From PVC group bacterium (GTDB taxonomy: Bacteria; Auribacterota; Erginobacteria; Erginobacterales; Erginobacteraceae): a stretch of 23,607 nucleotides of DNA. Positions within the stretch are counted from its first letter, which is position 1; each line of letters begins with the position of its first letter. The notes under the pieces were generated by a model. The model ran no database searches. It saw only the letters and a list, made by a program, of their open reading frames with translations, and had not been told where the DNA came from. Below, in pieces: positions 9,191 through 18,014 of the stretch. The stretch spans positions 1-23,607 of the forward strand of contig JAZDIV010000081.1 in the NCBI GenBank assembly GCA_043804695.1, given 5' to 3'. A program made the translations under genes and the position numbers.

Positions 9191-10132
9191 ATGACGAAGA
9201 AACGGACATTAAGACAGTCTGAAATGTTTTTATATTTAATTCTACTCATCTTGATTACCGGAAGCGTTCTGGGTTGTTCGATTAAAAAGATGGCTGTCTC
9301 CGAACTCGGCGACGCGCTGGCCGCGGGCGGGGACGTCTACGCCTCGGATGACGATCCGGAACTGGTCAGGGCGGCCTCCCCGTTCAGCTTGAAGCTGATG
9401 GAGAGCCTGCTGGCGGAAGATCCCGAACACCGCGAGCTTCTCCTGGCGGCCGCCCGGGGGTTCACCCAATACAGCTACGCCTTTGTCCAGGAGGAGGCGG
9501 AAGAGACGGAGGAAACCGACCGGGAGCGGTCCGCCGCCCTGCGGGAGCGGGCCCGGCGGCTCTACCTGCGGGCCCGTGACTACGGGCTGCGGGGGCTGGC
9601 GGTCGGGCATCCGGGGATTGCCGAGGAGCTCCGCCGGGAACCCCGCGCCTCCCTAACCCGGACCGGAACCGGGGATGTCCCGTTTCTTTACTGGACGGCC
9701 GTCTCCTGGGCATCGGCCGTCTCCCTTTCCCGGGACGACCCCGATCTGATCGGAGATCTCCCGATCATTGACGCCCTGGTCGAGCGGGCCCTGGTTCTCG
9801 AAGAGGATTTCGGCGCCGGCGCCCTCCATACTTTCCTGATAACCTATGACATGAGCGGGCCGGGCGGGGAGAAAGAACGGGCGGCCCGCGCCCGGGGCCG
9901 CTTCGACCGGGCTGTTGAGCTGAGTTCCGGGGAGCAGGCGGCTCCGTTTGTCGCCCTGGCCGAGGCGGTTGCCGTCCCGGCCGAGGACCGGGAAGAATTC
10001 CGGTACCTGCTCAATCGCGCCCTAACGATCGACCCGGATGAATATCCGGAGCGGCGCCTGGCCAACCTGATTTACCAGCGCCGGGCCCGCCGGCTGCTGG
10101 AACGGGAGGAGGAGCTGTTCCTTGGACCATAG
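9191..10132 (+). CDS. tatT: TRAP transporter TatT component, probable lipoprotein
   Basis: Lipobox-like VLGC; DDPELVRAASPFSLKLMESLL; ARRLYLRARDYG; precedes dctP and dctQM. Start uncertain (9164/9191/9224). Confidence 0.85.
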   Translation: MTKKRTLRQSEMFLYLILLILITGSVLGCSIKKMAVSELGDALAAGGDVYASDDDPELVRAASPFSLKLMESLLAEDPEHRELLLAAARGFTQYSYAFVQEEAEETEETDRERSAALRERARRLYLRARDYGLRGLAVGHPGIAEELRREPRASLTRTGTGDVPFLYWTAVSWASAVSLSRDDPDLIGDLPIIDALVERALVLEEDFGAGALHTFLITYDMSGPGGEKERAARARGRFDRAVELSSGEQAAPFVALAEAVAVPAEDREEFRYLLNRALTIDPDEYPERRLANLIYQRRARRLLEREEELFLGP

Positions 10133-10182
10133 TGACGGGGTAGTCATCACTATGCTCTATTGCAGTATCAGAAAAGGGAAAA

Positions 10183-10312
10183 ATGGAGTGATGGAGTGGT
10201 GGGGTAATGGAGTGGTGGAGTAAGGGGGAGGTGGAGTAATGGAGTGATGGAGTGATGGAAGCCGATTTTGCCGGGCATCGGTCCCCAGTACTCCATCACT
10301 CCAGTACTCCAA
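10183..10312. repeat. Asymmetric palindromic element of RTGGAGTR octamers
   Basis: Nine in-register octamers at 10183-10254 (two degenerate); three inverted YACTCCAN copies at 10289-10312. Confidence 0.85.
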
Positions 10313-10359
10313 CCCTCCCGGCCATTAGCATGGTGTTAATTAAGGGCTATGCGGAATAA

Positions 10360-11394
10360 ATGAAGCCGTACGCGATAATTTTGACAGCCGTTCTTTTTAT
10401 CGGTCTCGGGTTGAATTGCGGCCGGGAGTCGGTAACCTATGCGGCGCCGGCCCGGCGCATCAAGATGACCACGCTCGCTCCCCGGGGGTCGTCCTATTAC
10501 AACTCCCTGCAGAAGATGGGGGACGAGTGGCAGAAGATCTCCGTCGGCGCGGTGAAACTGATCATCTATCCCGGCGGCATCCAGGGCGGGGAGGCGGCGA
10601 TGGTTGACCGGATGCGGGTCGGCCAGAGCCAGGCCGGGATGCTGACGGCGGTCGGCCTGGCGGAGATCGAGCCGGCGGTGAGGGGCCTCAATAGTCTCCC
10701 GATGATCTTCAACAGCCTGGAGGAGGTTGATTACGTGGGCCGGCGGCTCCGGCCGCTGCTGGAGGATCGTCTCCTGAAAAAAGGCTACGTGGTCCTCTTC
10801 TGGGCGGATGCCGGCTGGTTGCGGTATTTCTCGAAAAGCCCGATGATCACCCCGGACGATCTCAAGAAGATGAAGCTTTTCACCTGGGCGGGGTACCCGG
10901 GCCAGGTGGACATCATGAAATCGGCGGGCTATAACCCGGTTCCCCTGGAGACGGGGGACATCCTCCCCGGCCTTCAGACGGGGCTGATCGACGTCGTCCC
11001 GATGCCGCCTTTCTACGCCCTCGCCCAGCAGATCTACACCCCCGCTCCCCACATGCTGGCGCTGGACTGGGCACCGTTGGTGGGGGCGGCGGTGGTCACC
11101 CGGGAAGCCTGGGAGGAGGTCCCCGAGTCCCTCCGGGAGAAGCTGCTGGAGGCGGCGGCCGCGGCCGGAGATGAGATCAAGGCGGCCGGCAGACGGGAGA
11201 ACGACGAGTCGGTCCGGACGATGGAGGAAAAATGGGGCCTGAAGATCCATCCCGTCTCCCCGGAGGTGAAGGAGCTGTGGCGCCGGAGCGTGGAGAAGGT
11301 GTACCCGGAAATCCGGGGCGGGATTGTCCCCGCCGATACGTTCGACGAGGTGGTGCGGCTGCTGGAGGAGTACCGTGGCCGGGATCGTCAGTAG
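10360..11394 (+). CDS. dctP: TRAP substrate-binding protein DctP (TatP type)
   Basis: IKMTTLAPRGS, IYPGGIQGGE, TPDDLKKMKLF, LQTGLID. Confidence 0.9.
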   Translation: MKPYAIILTAVLFIGLGLNCGRESVTYAAPARRIKMTTLAPRGSSYYNSLQKMGDEWQKISVGAVKLIIYPGGIQGGEAAMVDRMRVGQSQAGMLTAVGLAEIEPAVRGLNSLPMIFNSLEEVDYVGRRLRPLLEDRLLKKGYVVLFWADAGWLRYFSKSPMITPDDLKKMKLFTWAGYPGQVDIMKSAGYNPVPLETGDILPGLQTGLIDVVPMPPFYALAQQIYTPAPHMLALDWAPLVGAAVVTREAWEEVPESLREKLLEAAAAAGDEIKAAGRRENDESVRTMEEKWGLKIHPVSPEVKELWRRSVEKVYPEIRGGIVPADTFDEVVRLLEEYRGRDRQ

Positions 11395-11475
11395 TCTTCC
11401 TCGGGCGCCGCCGCGTCGGCGCCCCTCGCCCGCGCGTTTCCCTCATATCCGGAATCCGCGGTGGAAGGGCATGAA

Positions 11476-13356
11476 ATGACAGAAAACTTCCGCCAGGCTG
11501 ATGACGGGTCGTCCCCCCGGGCGGCCGGAAAGCCGCCCCGGTTCGTCTGGCTGCGCGCCGGCGAGAACCTTCTTCTCATCCTGGCGCTGGGGGCGATGGC
11601 CGTCGTCCCCCTGGCGGAGATCGTGCTGCGCCGGTTTTTTCATACCGGCATCTCGGGGGCGAGCCCGATCGTGCAGCACCTGGTGCTGGTTGCCGGAATG
11701 CTGGGCGGGGCGGCGGCGGCCCGGGCGGGCCGCCTGCTCTCCCTCACCACCATAACATCCGTCCTCCCTCCCGGCCTCCGGGTTGCCGCCCGGGTGCTCA
11801 GCGCCGCTTTTGCCGCCGGGGTCACCTCTTTTCTCTGCCTGGGCAGCATCCGGTACATCGAGGTCAGCCGGGAGGCCGGGAAGATACTGGCCTACGGCGT
11901 CCCCGTCTGGGTGGTCCAGCTGGTCCTCCCGCTCGGCTTTGCCGCGATCGCGGTCCGGCTTATTCTCCGCGTGTCCGCGCGGTGGACCGTCCGGGCGGCC
12001 GTCTTTCTCCTGGCCGGGGGCCTTTTCCTGGTCGGCCTCGCCCCGCCGGTCCCCCCCGCCGACCTGGTGCTCCCGGCCCTGGTCTTTCTGATCCTGTCGG
12101 CGCTGCTGGGCGCGCCGATCTTCACGCTCCTGGGGGGGGCCGCTTTGATCCTTTTCTGGGGGGAGGGGAGCCCGATCGCCTCGATCGCGATTGATCATTA
12201 CCGGATGTCGGTCAACCCCTCGCTCCCGGCCATCCCCCTTTTTACCCTGGCCGGCTATTTCCTGGCCGAAGGAGGGGCGTCCCGGAGGCTGATCCGGGTT
12301 TTCCAGGCCCTGGTCGGACGTTTCCGGGGCGGCCCGGCCATCCTGAGCGCCCTGGTCTGCGCTTTCTTCACTTCTTTCACCGGGGCGTCGGGCGTGACGA
12401 TCCTGGCCCTGGGAGGGCTGCTGCTCCCGGTTCTCCTCGCGGCCGGGTATTCCCGGCGGAACGCGGTCGGCCTGCTCACCGGGTCCGGATCTCTCGGGGT
12501 GCTCTTTCCCCCCTGCCTGCCCCTGATCCTTTACGCGATCGTGGCCTCGACGATGGGTTCGCCCGTCACCATCAGGCAGATATTTTTAGGCGGCCTCATC
12601 CCGGGGCTGCTTCTGGTGGGGATGACCGGCTGGTGGGGTCGCTGGGCGGCGGGGAAAAAAGAGACCGGCTCCCACCCCCCCCGCTTTGACCCCCGGGAAG
12701 CCGGCCGGGCGATCCGGGCGGCCGGGTGGGAACTCCTCCTGCCGGTGGTCGCCCTGGCCGCGCTCTTCGGGGGGTTCGCCACGCCGGTGGAAGCCTCCGC
12801 GGTGACGGCGCTCTATGCTTTTATCGTGGAGACGTTCGTGTACCGGGACCTGAAGATGTTCAGCGATGTCCCCCGGATGATGACCGAGTGCGGGCTGATC
12901 ATCGGGGGGGTGCTGATGATCATCGGGGTGGCGATGGGTTTCACTAACTACCTGATCGACGCCCAGATCCCCGCGCAGGCGGTCGAGTGGGCGACCGGCT
13001 CGATCCACTCACCCTGGCTCTTCCTCCTGATCCTCAACCTGTTTCTCCTGGTGGTCGGCTGCCTGATGGACATCTACTCCGCCATCATCGTCGTGGTCCC
13101 CCTGATCGTCCCCCTGGGGGATGCCTTCGGGATCGATCCCGTCCATCTCGGGATCATCTTCATGGCCAACCTCCAGCTCGGCTATCTCACCCCCCCGGTG
13201 GGAATGAACCTCTTCCTCGCCTCGTACCGGTTCAACCGGCCGATGCCGGAAGTGATCCGGGCGGTGATCCCGATGTTTCTGGTTCTCCTGGTCGGGGTGC
13301 TCCTGATCACCTACATCCCCGTTCTCACCACCCTGCTTCCCGGCCTGTTCCCCTAA
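11476..13356 (+). CDS. dctM: Fused TRAP small and large permease (DctQ-DctM)
   Basis: N-terminal DctQ-like TMs; AIPLFTLAG, SGSLGVLFPP, ATPVEASAV, GIDPVHLG, YLTPPVGMNLF. Confidence 0.9.
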   Translation: MTENFRQADDGSSPRAAGKPPRFVWLRAGENLLLILALGAMAVVPLAEIVLRRFFHTGISGASPIVQHLVLVAGMLGGAAAARAGRLLSLTTITSVLPPGLRVAARVLSAAFAAGVTSFLCLGSIRYIEVSREAGKILAYGVPVWVVQLVLPLGFAAIAVRLILRVSARWTVRAAVFLLAGGLFLVGLAPPVPPADLVLPALVFLILSALLGAPIFTLLGGAALILFWGEGSPIASIAIDHYRMSVNPSLPAIPLFTLAGYFLAEGGASRRLIRVFQALVGRFRGGPAILSALVCAFFTSFTGASGVTILALGGLLLPVLLAAGYSRRNAVGLLTGSGSLGVLFPPCLPLILYAIVASTMGSPVTIRQIFLGGLIPGLLLVGMTGWWGRWAAGKKETGSHPPRFDPREAGRAIRAAGWELLLPVVALAALFGGFATPVEASAVTALYAFIVETFVYRDLKMFSDVPRMMTECGLIIGGVLMIIGVAMGFTNYLIDAQIPAQAVEWATGSIHSPWLFLLILNLFLLVVGCLMDIYSAIIVVVPLIVPLGDAFGIDPVHLGIIFMANLQLGYLTPPVGMNLFLASYRFNRPMPEVIRAVIPMFLVLLVGVLLITYIPVLTTLLPGLFP

Positions 13357-13420
13357 CGTTAATTATGTATTGTCTCCCTGGAATTCTTGAATGATAATTA
13401 TGAAAATGTAGAAGTGTCTT

Positions 13421-13642
13421 TCTGTTTCGGGATTTCCATAACCGGATTTTATCCGGTTATGGAAATCCCGAAACAGACGGAAAAGCAACCGGAATAAAAT
13501 AATCAGCTTTTGCTTTGTGATACCACAGGCTTACCGTTACGGATTAAGCAGTTGGACTCGAACTAAAGTTCGGATCGCTATCAATCTGTTTTATATTTAA
13601 CAAGAGAACATTCACTAAATTAGCGCCGGAGGCGCTAATTTA
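13421..13642 (+). repeat. ~220-bp dispersed element, CTGTTTCGG family, copy 1 (27-bp perfect IR head; mini-hairpin copy 3 tail at 13616-13642)
   Basis: IR 13421-13447/13451-13477, then ACGGAAAAGCAACC, TCGAACTAA and ACTAAATTAGCGCC, matching 23392-23607. Confidence 0.8.
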
Positions 13643-14016
13643 TGTATGAAGTGTTTATTCAAGTCCGGTTCTCCGCGGCCCATTTCCTGGCCGGCCACCC
13701 CGGCCCCTGCCGGAATCTGCACGGCCACAACTGGCTGGTCAGGGTTTCTCTCCGGTGCCGGGAGCTCGACGGGCTGGGGATGGGGTATGATTTCACCGTC
13801 CTCAAGGAGGAGCTGTCCGGCATCTGCCGGGGTCTCGATCACGCCGTCCTCAATGAACTCGACTATTTCCGGGACCGCAACCCCACCGCCGAGAACGTGG
13901 CCCGGTTCATCCACGCCAGCCTCAGCGAACGGATCAATGACGGCCGGGTGGAGGTCTCGGAGGTCGAGGTCCGGGAAACCTCCGACAGCGGCGCCAGCTA
14001 CTATAGACAAATGTGA
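13642..14016 (+). CDS. queD: 6-carboxy-5,6,7,8-tetrahydropterin synthase
   Basis: FSAAHFL, CRNLHGHNW, LDHAVLN, NPTAENVA, VRET. Confidence 0.95.
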   Translation: MYEVFIQVRFSAAHFLAGHPGPCRNLHGHNWLVRVSLRCRELDGLGMGYDFTVLKEELSGICRGLDHAVLNELDYFRDRNPTAENVARFIHASLSERINDGRVEVSEVEVRETSDSGASYYRQM

Positions 14017-14037
14017 TTTTTCGAGCACGGTATCGCG

Positions 14038-14673
14038 ATGTTGAGGGTCAACGAGATATTCCGGAGCATCCAGGGAGAGTCGACCTTTGCCGGCCGGCTC
14101 TGCGTCTTCATCCGCCTGGCCGGCTGCAACCTGAGGTGTTCGTACTGCGATACGGGATACGCGCTCGAGGAGGGGGAAGATCTTCCCGTGGAAGATGTGA
14201 TTAAGAGGGCCGCCGCCTCCGGCTGTCCCCTGATCGAGGTCACCGGCGGAGAGCCGCTGCTTCAGGAAGATACCGTCCGCCTGGTCCGGGAACTGGCCGA
14301 CCGCGGATACACGGTCCTGGTGGAGACGAACGGCACTCTCGACATCTCCCGCCTCGATCCCCGGGCGGTCCTGGTCATGGACGTCAAGTGTCCCTCGAGC
14401 GGGGAGTCTGACCGGATGAGGTGGGAGAACCTCGCCTCCCTCAAGCCCGAAGACGAGATCAAGTTTGTGATCGGTTCCCCGGAAGATTATCGGTGGGCGA
14501 AAAGGATTATTTCCGACCGGATCGCCCCGGGCCGGAAAATCCTGCTGTCCCCGGTCTTCGGCAAGGTTGATCCGGCCGATCTGGCCGGATGGATCCTGAG
14601 AGATAATCTGTCGGTCCGGCTGCAGCTTCAGCTGCAAAAAATCATCTGGCCGGGAAGGGAAAGGGGAGTATAA
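14038..14673 (+). CDS. queE: 7-carboxy-7-deazaguanine synthase (radical SAM)
   Basis: EIFRSIQGES, RLAGCNLRCSYCDT, TGGEPL, ETNG. Confidence 0.95.
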   Translation: MLRVNEIFRSIQGESTFAGRLCVFIRLAGCNLRCSYCDTGYALEEGEDLPVEDVIKRAAASGCPLIEVTGGEPLLQEDTVRLVRELADRGYTVLVETNGTLDISRLDPRAVLVMDVKCPSSGESDRMRWENLASLKPEDEIKFVIGSPEDYRWAKRIISDRIAPGRKILLSPVFGKVDPADLAGWILRDNLSVRLQLQLQKIIWPGRERGV

Positions 14674-14674
14674 A

Positions 14675-14790
14675 TAGAGCTTACTCGAAAAGCTCGTAAG
14701 CTCTAAAATCCTAATAGCTAAATACGAAATCCTGCCTGTCCGGCGAAGCTCGAAGAGCGAAGACGGAAACAATATCAAATGACTAAAATA
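14675..14790. repeat. Composite intergenic repeats between queE and queF
   Basis: 10-bp IR tagagcttac/gtaagctcta; AT-rich AAAT-based tract interrupted by a GC-rich segment with GCTC-GAA-GAGC. Confidence 0.55.
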
Positions 14791-14811
14791 GAGACCGAAG
14801 GGAGTTTATCT

Positions 14812-15147
14812 ATGACGATCGACACGTTTCCAAACAAATATTCCAACCGGGACTACACGATCACCATCCGGAACCCCGAGTACACATCGGTCTGCCCGAT
14901 TACCGGCAACCCCGATTTCGGCACCATCACCGTCGAGTACGTACCGGACAAACTCTGCCTGGAGCTGAAGTCCCTCAAGTTGTATTTCTTCGGTTTCCGG
15001 AACAGGGGGGTGTTCTACGAGTCCCTGGTCAACGAAATCATTGACGACCTGGTGACGACCTGTTCTCCCCGGAAGATGACGGTGACCGGTGATTTTACCC
15101 CGCGCGGGGGCATCACATCCACCGTCAAAGCTGAATACTGTAAATAA
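14812..15147 (+). CDS. queF: preQ0 nitrile reductase, short type
   Basis: PEYTSVCPITGNPDFG, ELKSLKLY, RGGI; GGGAG before ATG 14812. Confidence 0.95.
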   Translation: MTIDTFPNKYSNRDYTITIRNPEYTSVCPITGNPDFGTITVEYVPDKLCLELKSLKLYFFGFRNRGVFYESLVNEIIDDLVTTCSPRKMTVTGDFTPRGGITSTVKAEYCK

Positions 15148-15149
15148 AT

Positions 15150-15366
15150 ATAAGCGGATCAGATAATCAGGAGATCAGTGGGAAGGGGATCAGAATATCA
15201 GAGGATCAGTCGGCGAGGTCGTCCTCGCCTGATAACCTGATGTTCTGATATTCTGCCCGCTGATATCCTGATAACCTGATATTCACTACGGGGATGATCA
15301 CCCCATCCATTCAATCCCCGGACAGTACGAAAACAAATAGTTAGCGCCGAAGGCGCTAAGTTTCTT
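15150..15366 (+). repeat. ~217-bp dispersed element, ATCAG family, copy 2 (ends in mini-hairpin copy 4 at 15341-15359)
   Basis: Fills the queF-queC gap almost exactly; homologous to 8940-9155. Confidence 0.85.
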
Positions 15367-16044
15367 ATGAAGAAGGAAACGGCGGTTTGCCTCCTCAGCG
15401 GGGGGCTTGACAGCTGTGTCACCGCGGCGCTGGCGGCCCGGCGGCACGAGCTTGCCCTCCTTCACTGCAATTACGGGCAGATCACGGAAGCCCGGGAGCT
15501 TTTGGCCTTTAACGGCCTGGCCGGTTATTTCCGGGTCCCCGCGGACCGGAGGCTGATCGTCGATATCGGGCACCTGAAAAAGATCGGGGGCTCCAGCCTG
15601 ACCGATCCCGCCCTGGAGGTGCCCCGGGCCGGCGCGGCGGGCGGCGCTGTCCCGCCGACGTATGTCCCGTTCCGGAACGCCAACCTCCTGGCCATGGCCG
15701 TTTCCTGGGCCGAGGTGCTTGGCGCCGGCCGGGTCTTCATCGGGGCGATGGAGGAGGACTCCTCCGGCTACCCCGACTGCCGGGAGGAGTTTTTCCGGGC
15801 CTTCAACGAGGCGGTCGAGCTGGGGACCCGGCCGGAAACATCGATCATCGTCGAGACCCCGATCATCCACTTCTCGAAGGCGGAGGTGGTCCGGTGGGGG
15901 ATGGAGAATGGGGCGCCCCTCCATCTCACCTGGTCGTGTTATGTCAGCAACGGACCCCGCCCCTGCGGCCGGTGCGACAGCTGCCGGCTGCGCCGCCGGG
16001 GGTTTAGGGAAGCCGGATTTGAGGATCCGGTTGAAGTAGAGTAA
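15367..16044 (+). CDS. queC: 7-cyano-7-deazaguanine synthase
   Basis: LLSGGLDS, TYVPFRNA, GYPDCR, TWSCY, CGRCDSC. Confidence 0.97.
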   Translation: MKKETAVCLLSGGLDSCVTAALAARRHELALLHCNYGQITEARELLAFNGLAGYFRVPADRRLIVDIGHLKKIGGSSLTDPALEVPRAGAAGGAVPPTYVPFRNANLLAMAVSWAEVLGAGRVFIGAMEEDSSGYPDCREEFFRAFNEAVELGTRPETSIIVETPIIHFSKAEVVRWGMENGAPLHLTWSCYVSNGPRPCGRCDSCRLRRRGFREAGFEDPVEVE

Positions 16045-16054
16045 AAAGCTATTT

Positions 16055-16151
16055 ACCGCGAAGGTCACGAAGTACACGAAGAATAATTAAGCAGAAATGA
16101 AATGTGGCTCATTTTTAGTACGATCTCCTTGAACTCCGTGTTCTTCGTGGT
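16055..16151. repeat. Palindromic element with nonamer (CACGRAG) arms, copy 1
   Basis: accgcgaaggtcacgaagtacacgaag ... ctccgtgttcttcgtggt. Confidence 0.75.
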
Positions 16152-16163
16152 TTTCTTATTTGA

Positions 16164-16369
16164 TTCTCTTCCGTTTTGTGTGGGTAAACGCAGTAAATAG
16201 GTCATTGCGAGGAGCGGTTGCCCCGAATTTCTTCGGGGCAACCAGTGACGAAGCAATCTCCTCTAAATACCCTTGAAGAATTTGTAATCCGTTTATAAAG
16301 AATAGATTGCTTCGGTCTCCGGCCTCGCAATGACAATTCATTTTAATACCCACACAAAATGGAAGAGAA
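16164..16369. repeat. Nested palindromes: outer 23-bp IR around a GTCATTGCGAG...CTCGCAATGAC element with an inner hairpin
   Basis: 16164-16186/16347-16369 (22/23); 16201-16212/16323-16334; 16249-16259/16304-16314; 16216-16243. Confidence 0.85.
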
Positions 16370-16417
16370 CCTCTTATTTTTATGTCAATGAGACACAGTG
16401 TTTGATCAGGTATAACC

Positions 16418-16990
16418 ATGCACCAGGAGATTATATATCCCGGCGCGGAGGGTTTTTCCGTCCGTCGGCCAGTGCGGCTGGTTGGCGATCAGGAAGGGTT
16501 GGAACGGCTCTGCGCGGAACTTCTCGGGGAGGCTGTCATCGCCCTGGACGTGGAGACGACGCTCGACTGGGGACGTCTCTGCCTGGCCCAGGTCGCCACC
16601 GGCGCCTGGAGCGCGGTCATCGATGTCTTCGAGATCGAAGATATCTCACCGCTTTTCGCCGTCCTGGAAAACCCGTCGATAAAAGTCATTATTCATAATG
16701 CCGGCTTCGAGCGCTCCATCCTCAGCCCGCTCGGGTGTCACATCACCGGCGTCTTCGACACCCTTCGCGCCTCCCGCCGCCTCCGGGGCTACCGGATCGC
16801 GGGGGGGCACAGTCTGGGGGCGGTCTGCCGGCGGGAACTGGAGATCGAGCTGGACAAGAGCTACCAGAGGTCCGACTGGCGCCGCCGCCCGCTTTCCTCC
16901 GGCCAGATCAACTACGCCGCGCTGGACGCGGAGGTGCTGATCGATCTCTACGAAATATTCCGGGATCTTTTTTTTCCGGAGGAAAAATAA
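16418..16990 (+). CDS. Stand-alone DEDDy 3'-5' exonuclease (RNase D / PolA exo-like)
   Basis: IALDVET, HNAGFE, VFDT, QRSDWRRRPLS, YAALDA; no HRDC domain. Confidence 0.88.
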   Translation: MHQEIIYPGAEGFSVRRPVRLVGDQEGLERLCAELLGEAVIALDVETTLDWGRLCLAQVATGAWSAVIDVFEIEDISPLFAVLENPSIKVIIHNAGFERSILSPLGCHITGVFDTLRASRRLRGYRIAGGHSLGAVCRRELEIELDKSYQRSDWRRRPLSSGQINYAALDAEVLIDLYEIFRDLFFPEEK

Positions 16991-16992
16991 GA

Positions 16993-17139
16993 ATCGAGGC
17001 CGGGCTCGCCCGGCTGGTGGTCACCGAGGATCCGAACTTCACCAAGGACGACTGCTACAATTTCCGCCTCGCCCGCGAATACCTGGAGCGGGCCGGGGTG
17101 AAGATCGAGGTGAGAAAAGACCTCAGGTGCCGGCGCTGA
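16993..17139 (+). pseudogene. Startless 3' gene remnant resembling a dCMP deaminase C-terminus
   Basis: IEAGLARLVVTED...LAREYLERAGVKIE with host-like GC3 codons. Confidence 0.5.
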
Positions 17140-17173
17140 TCGGGGCTTCATGGACGGACATTGCCGGCCGGGA

Positions 17174-17202
17174 TTGCGTGATCCGGCTCCATGCGGTATC
17201 TT
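17174..17202 (+). promoter_or_regulatory. Putative sigma70 promoter (leaderless) for the gene at 17210
   Basis: TTGCGT-17 nt-TATCTT, 7 nt before ATG. Confidence 0.45.
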
Positions 17203-17209
17203 ACCTTAG

Positions 17210-17828
17210 ATGACTATTCGCCGCCATTCCCATAATCTTTTTCTTCCGGTGCTGCTTCTTCTCGGCTGCATTTATGTCCCCGGCGCCTTCCCGTTTGCCC
17301 CCGGACCGATCCCGCCCCCGGAAGAGGAAGCGCTCTTCTTGGTTTCCTCCCGGAGGCCCCTCGACCGGACCGTTCTGACCGCACCCGGCCGGGTGCTTTA
17401 TTTCGGCCCCGGGAGCGCCCTGGTGCGGACGACCCAGGCCTGGGCCGAAAGCCTGGCGGGGGAGGGGATGGAGATCAAGCGGGTGATGCCGCGGACGGGG
17501 CTTCGCCGCGCCGTCCGCCGTTCCCCCTCCGCCGTCCGGGTCCGGCCGCGCCGCTCCGGAGATCCGGCTGATGATCGGGCGGGTTGATTACGACGGGGAC
17601 GGCACCTCCGCTCCGGCGGTATTCCGGCCGGGTTCGGGGCTCTGGGCGGTCCGGGCACTGACCCGGCTTAATTTCGGTCCCGGGACCGACCTCCCCGTCC
17701 CGGCCGATTATGACGGCGACGGTGCCGATAACCCCGGGATATTCCGCGCCGGCTCCGGCCTCTGGGCGGTCCGGGGGATGACACGGGTTTACTTCGGGAG
17801 GGAGGGGGATATCCCCGCGACCCGGTGA
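17210..17828 (+). pseudogene. Frameshifted secreted protein with two C-terminal DYDGDG (FG-GAP/VCBS-like) repeats
   Basis: The signal-peptide ORF 17210-17587 continues in another frame via a Pro-rich linker into the 17571-17828 repeats, ending DIPATR. Confidence 0.65.
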
Positions 17829-18014
17829 GGGGAGACGGCGCTCATCCTCTTTCATGCATGGTCCGGGTTAAAACCATGTATAATAACATATGTTCCTGTT
17901 TCGGAATGCGCAAGCCTGGCAATAACATTTAAAGATATGTTTTAGAATTTTTATTTTATATCCAATCACATTCAATCGTCTATTAAATCAAAATTCTCTC
18001 CCGGGAACTGATCC

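Noticed and set aside
10324..10340. Further mini-hairpin copy before dctP (ATTAGCATGGTGTTAAT)
   Set aside because: Too degenerate and lacks the GAA loop; not counted.
13559..13572. CGAAC-TAAA-GTTCG resembling a Gram-positive LexA box
   Set aside because: It lies inside a dispersed repeat whose second copy keeps only one half, and the downstream genes are not SOS genes.
13560..13641. preQ1 riboswitch upstream of queD (also checked before queC)
   Set aside because: No preQ1-I stem-loop with A-rich tail seen; the space is occupied by repeat elements.
13642..16990. 7-deazaguanine DNA modification (dpd) system
   Set aside because: No dpdA/tgt-like or other dpd genes; canonical queF points to tRNA queuosine synthesis.
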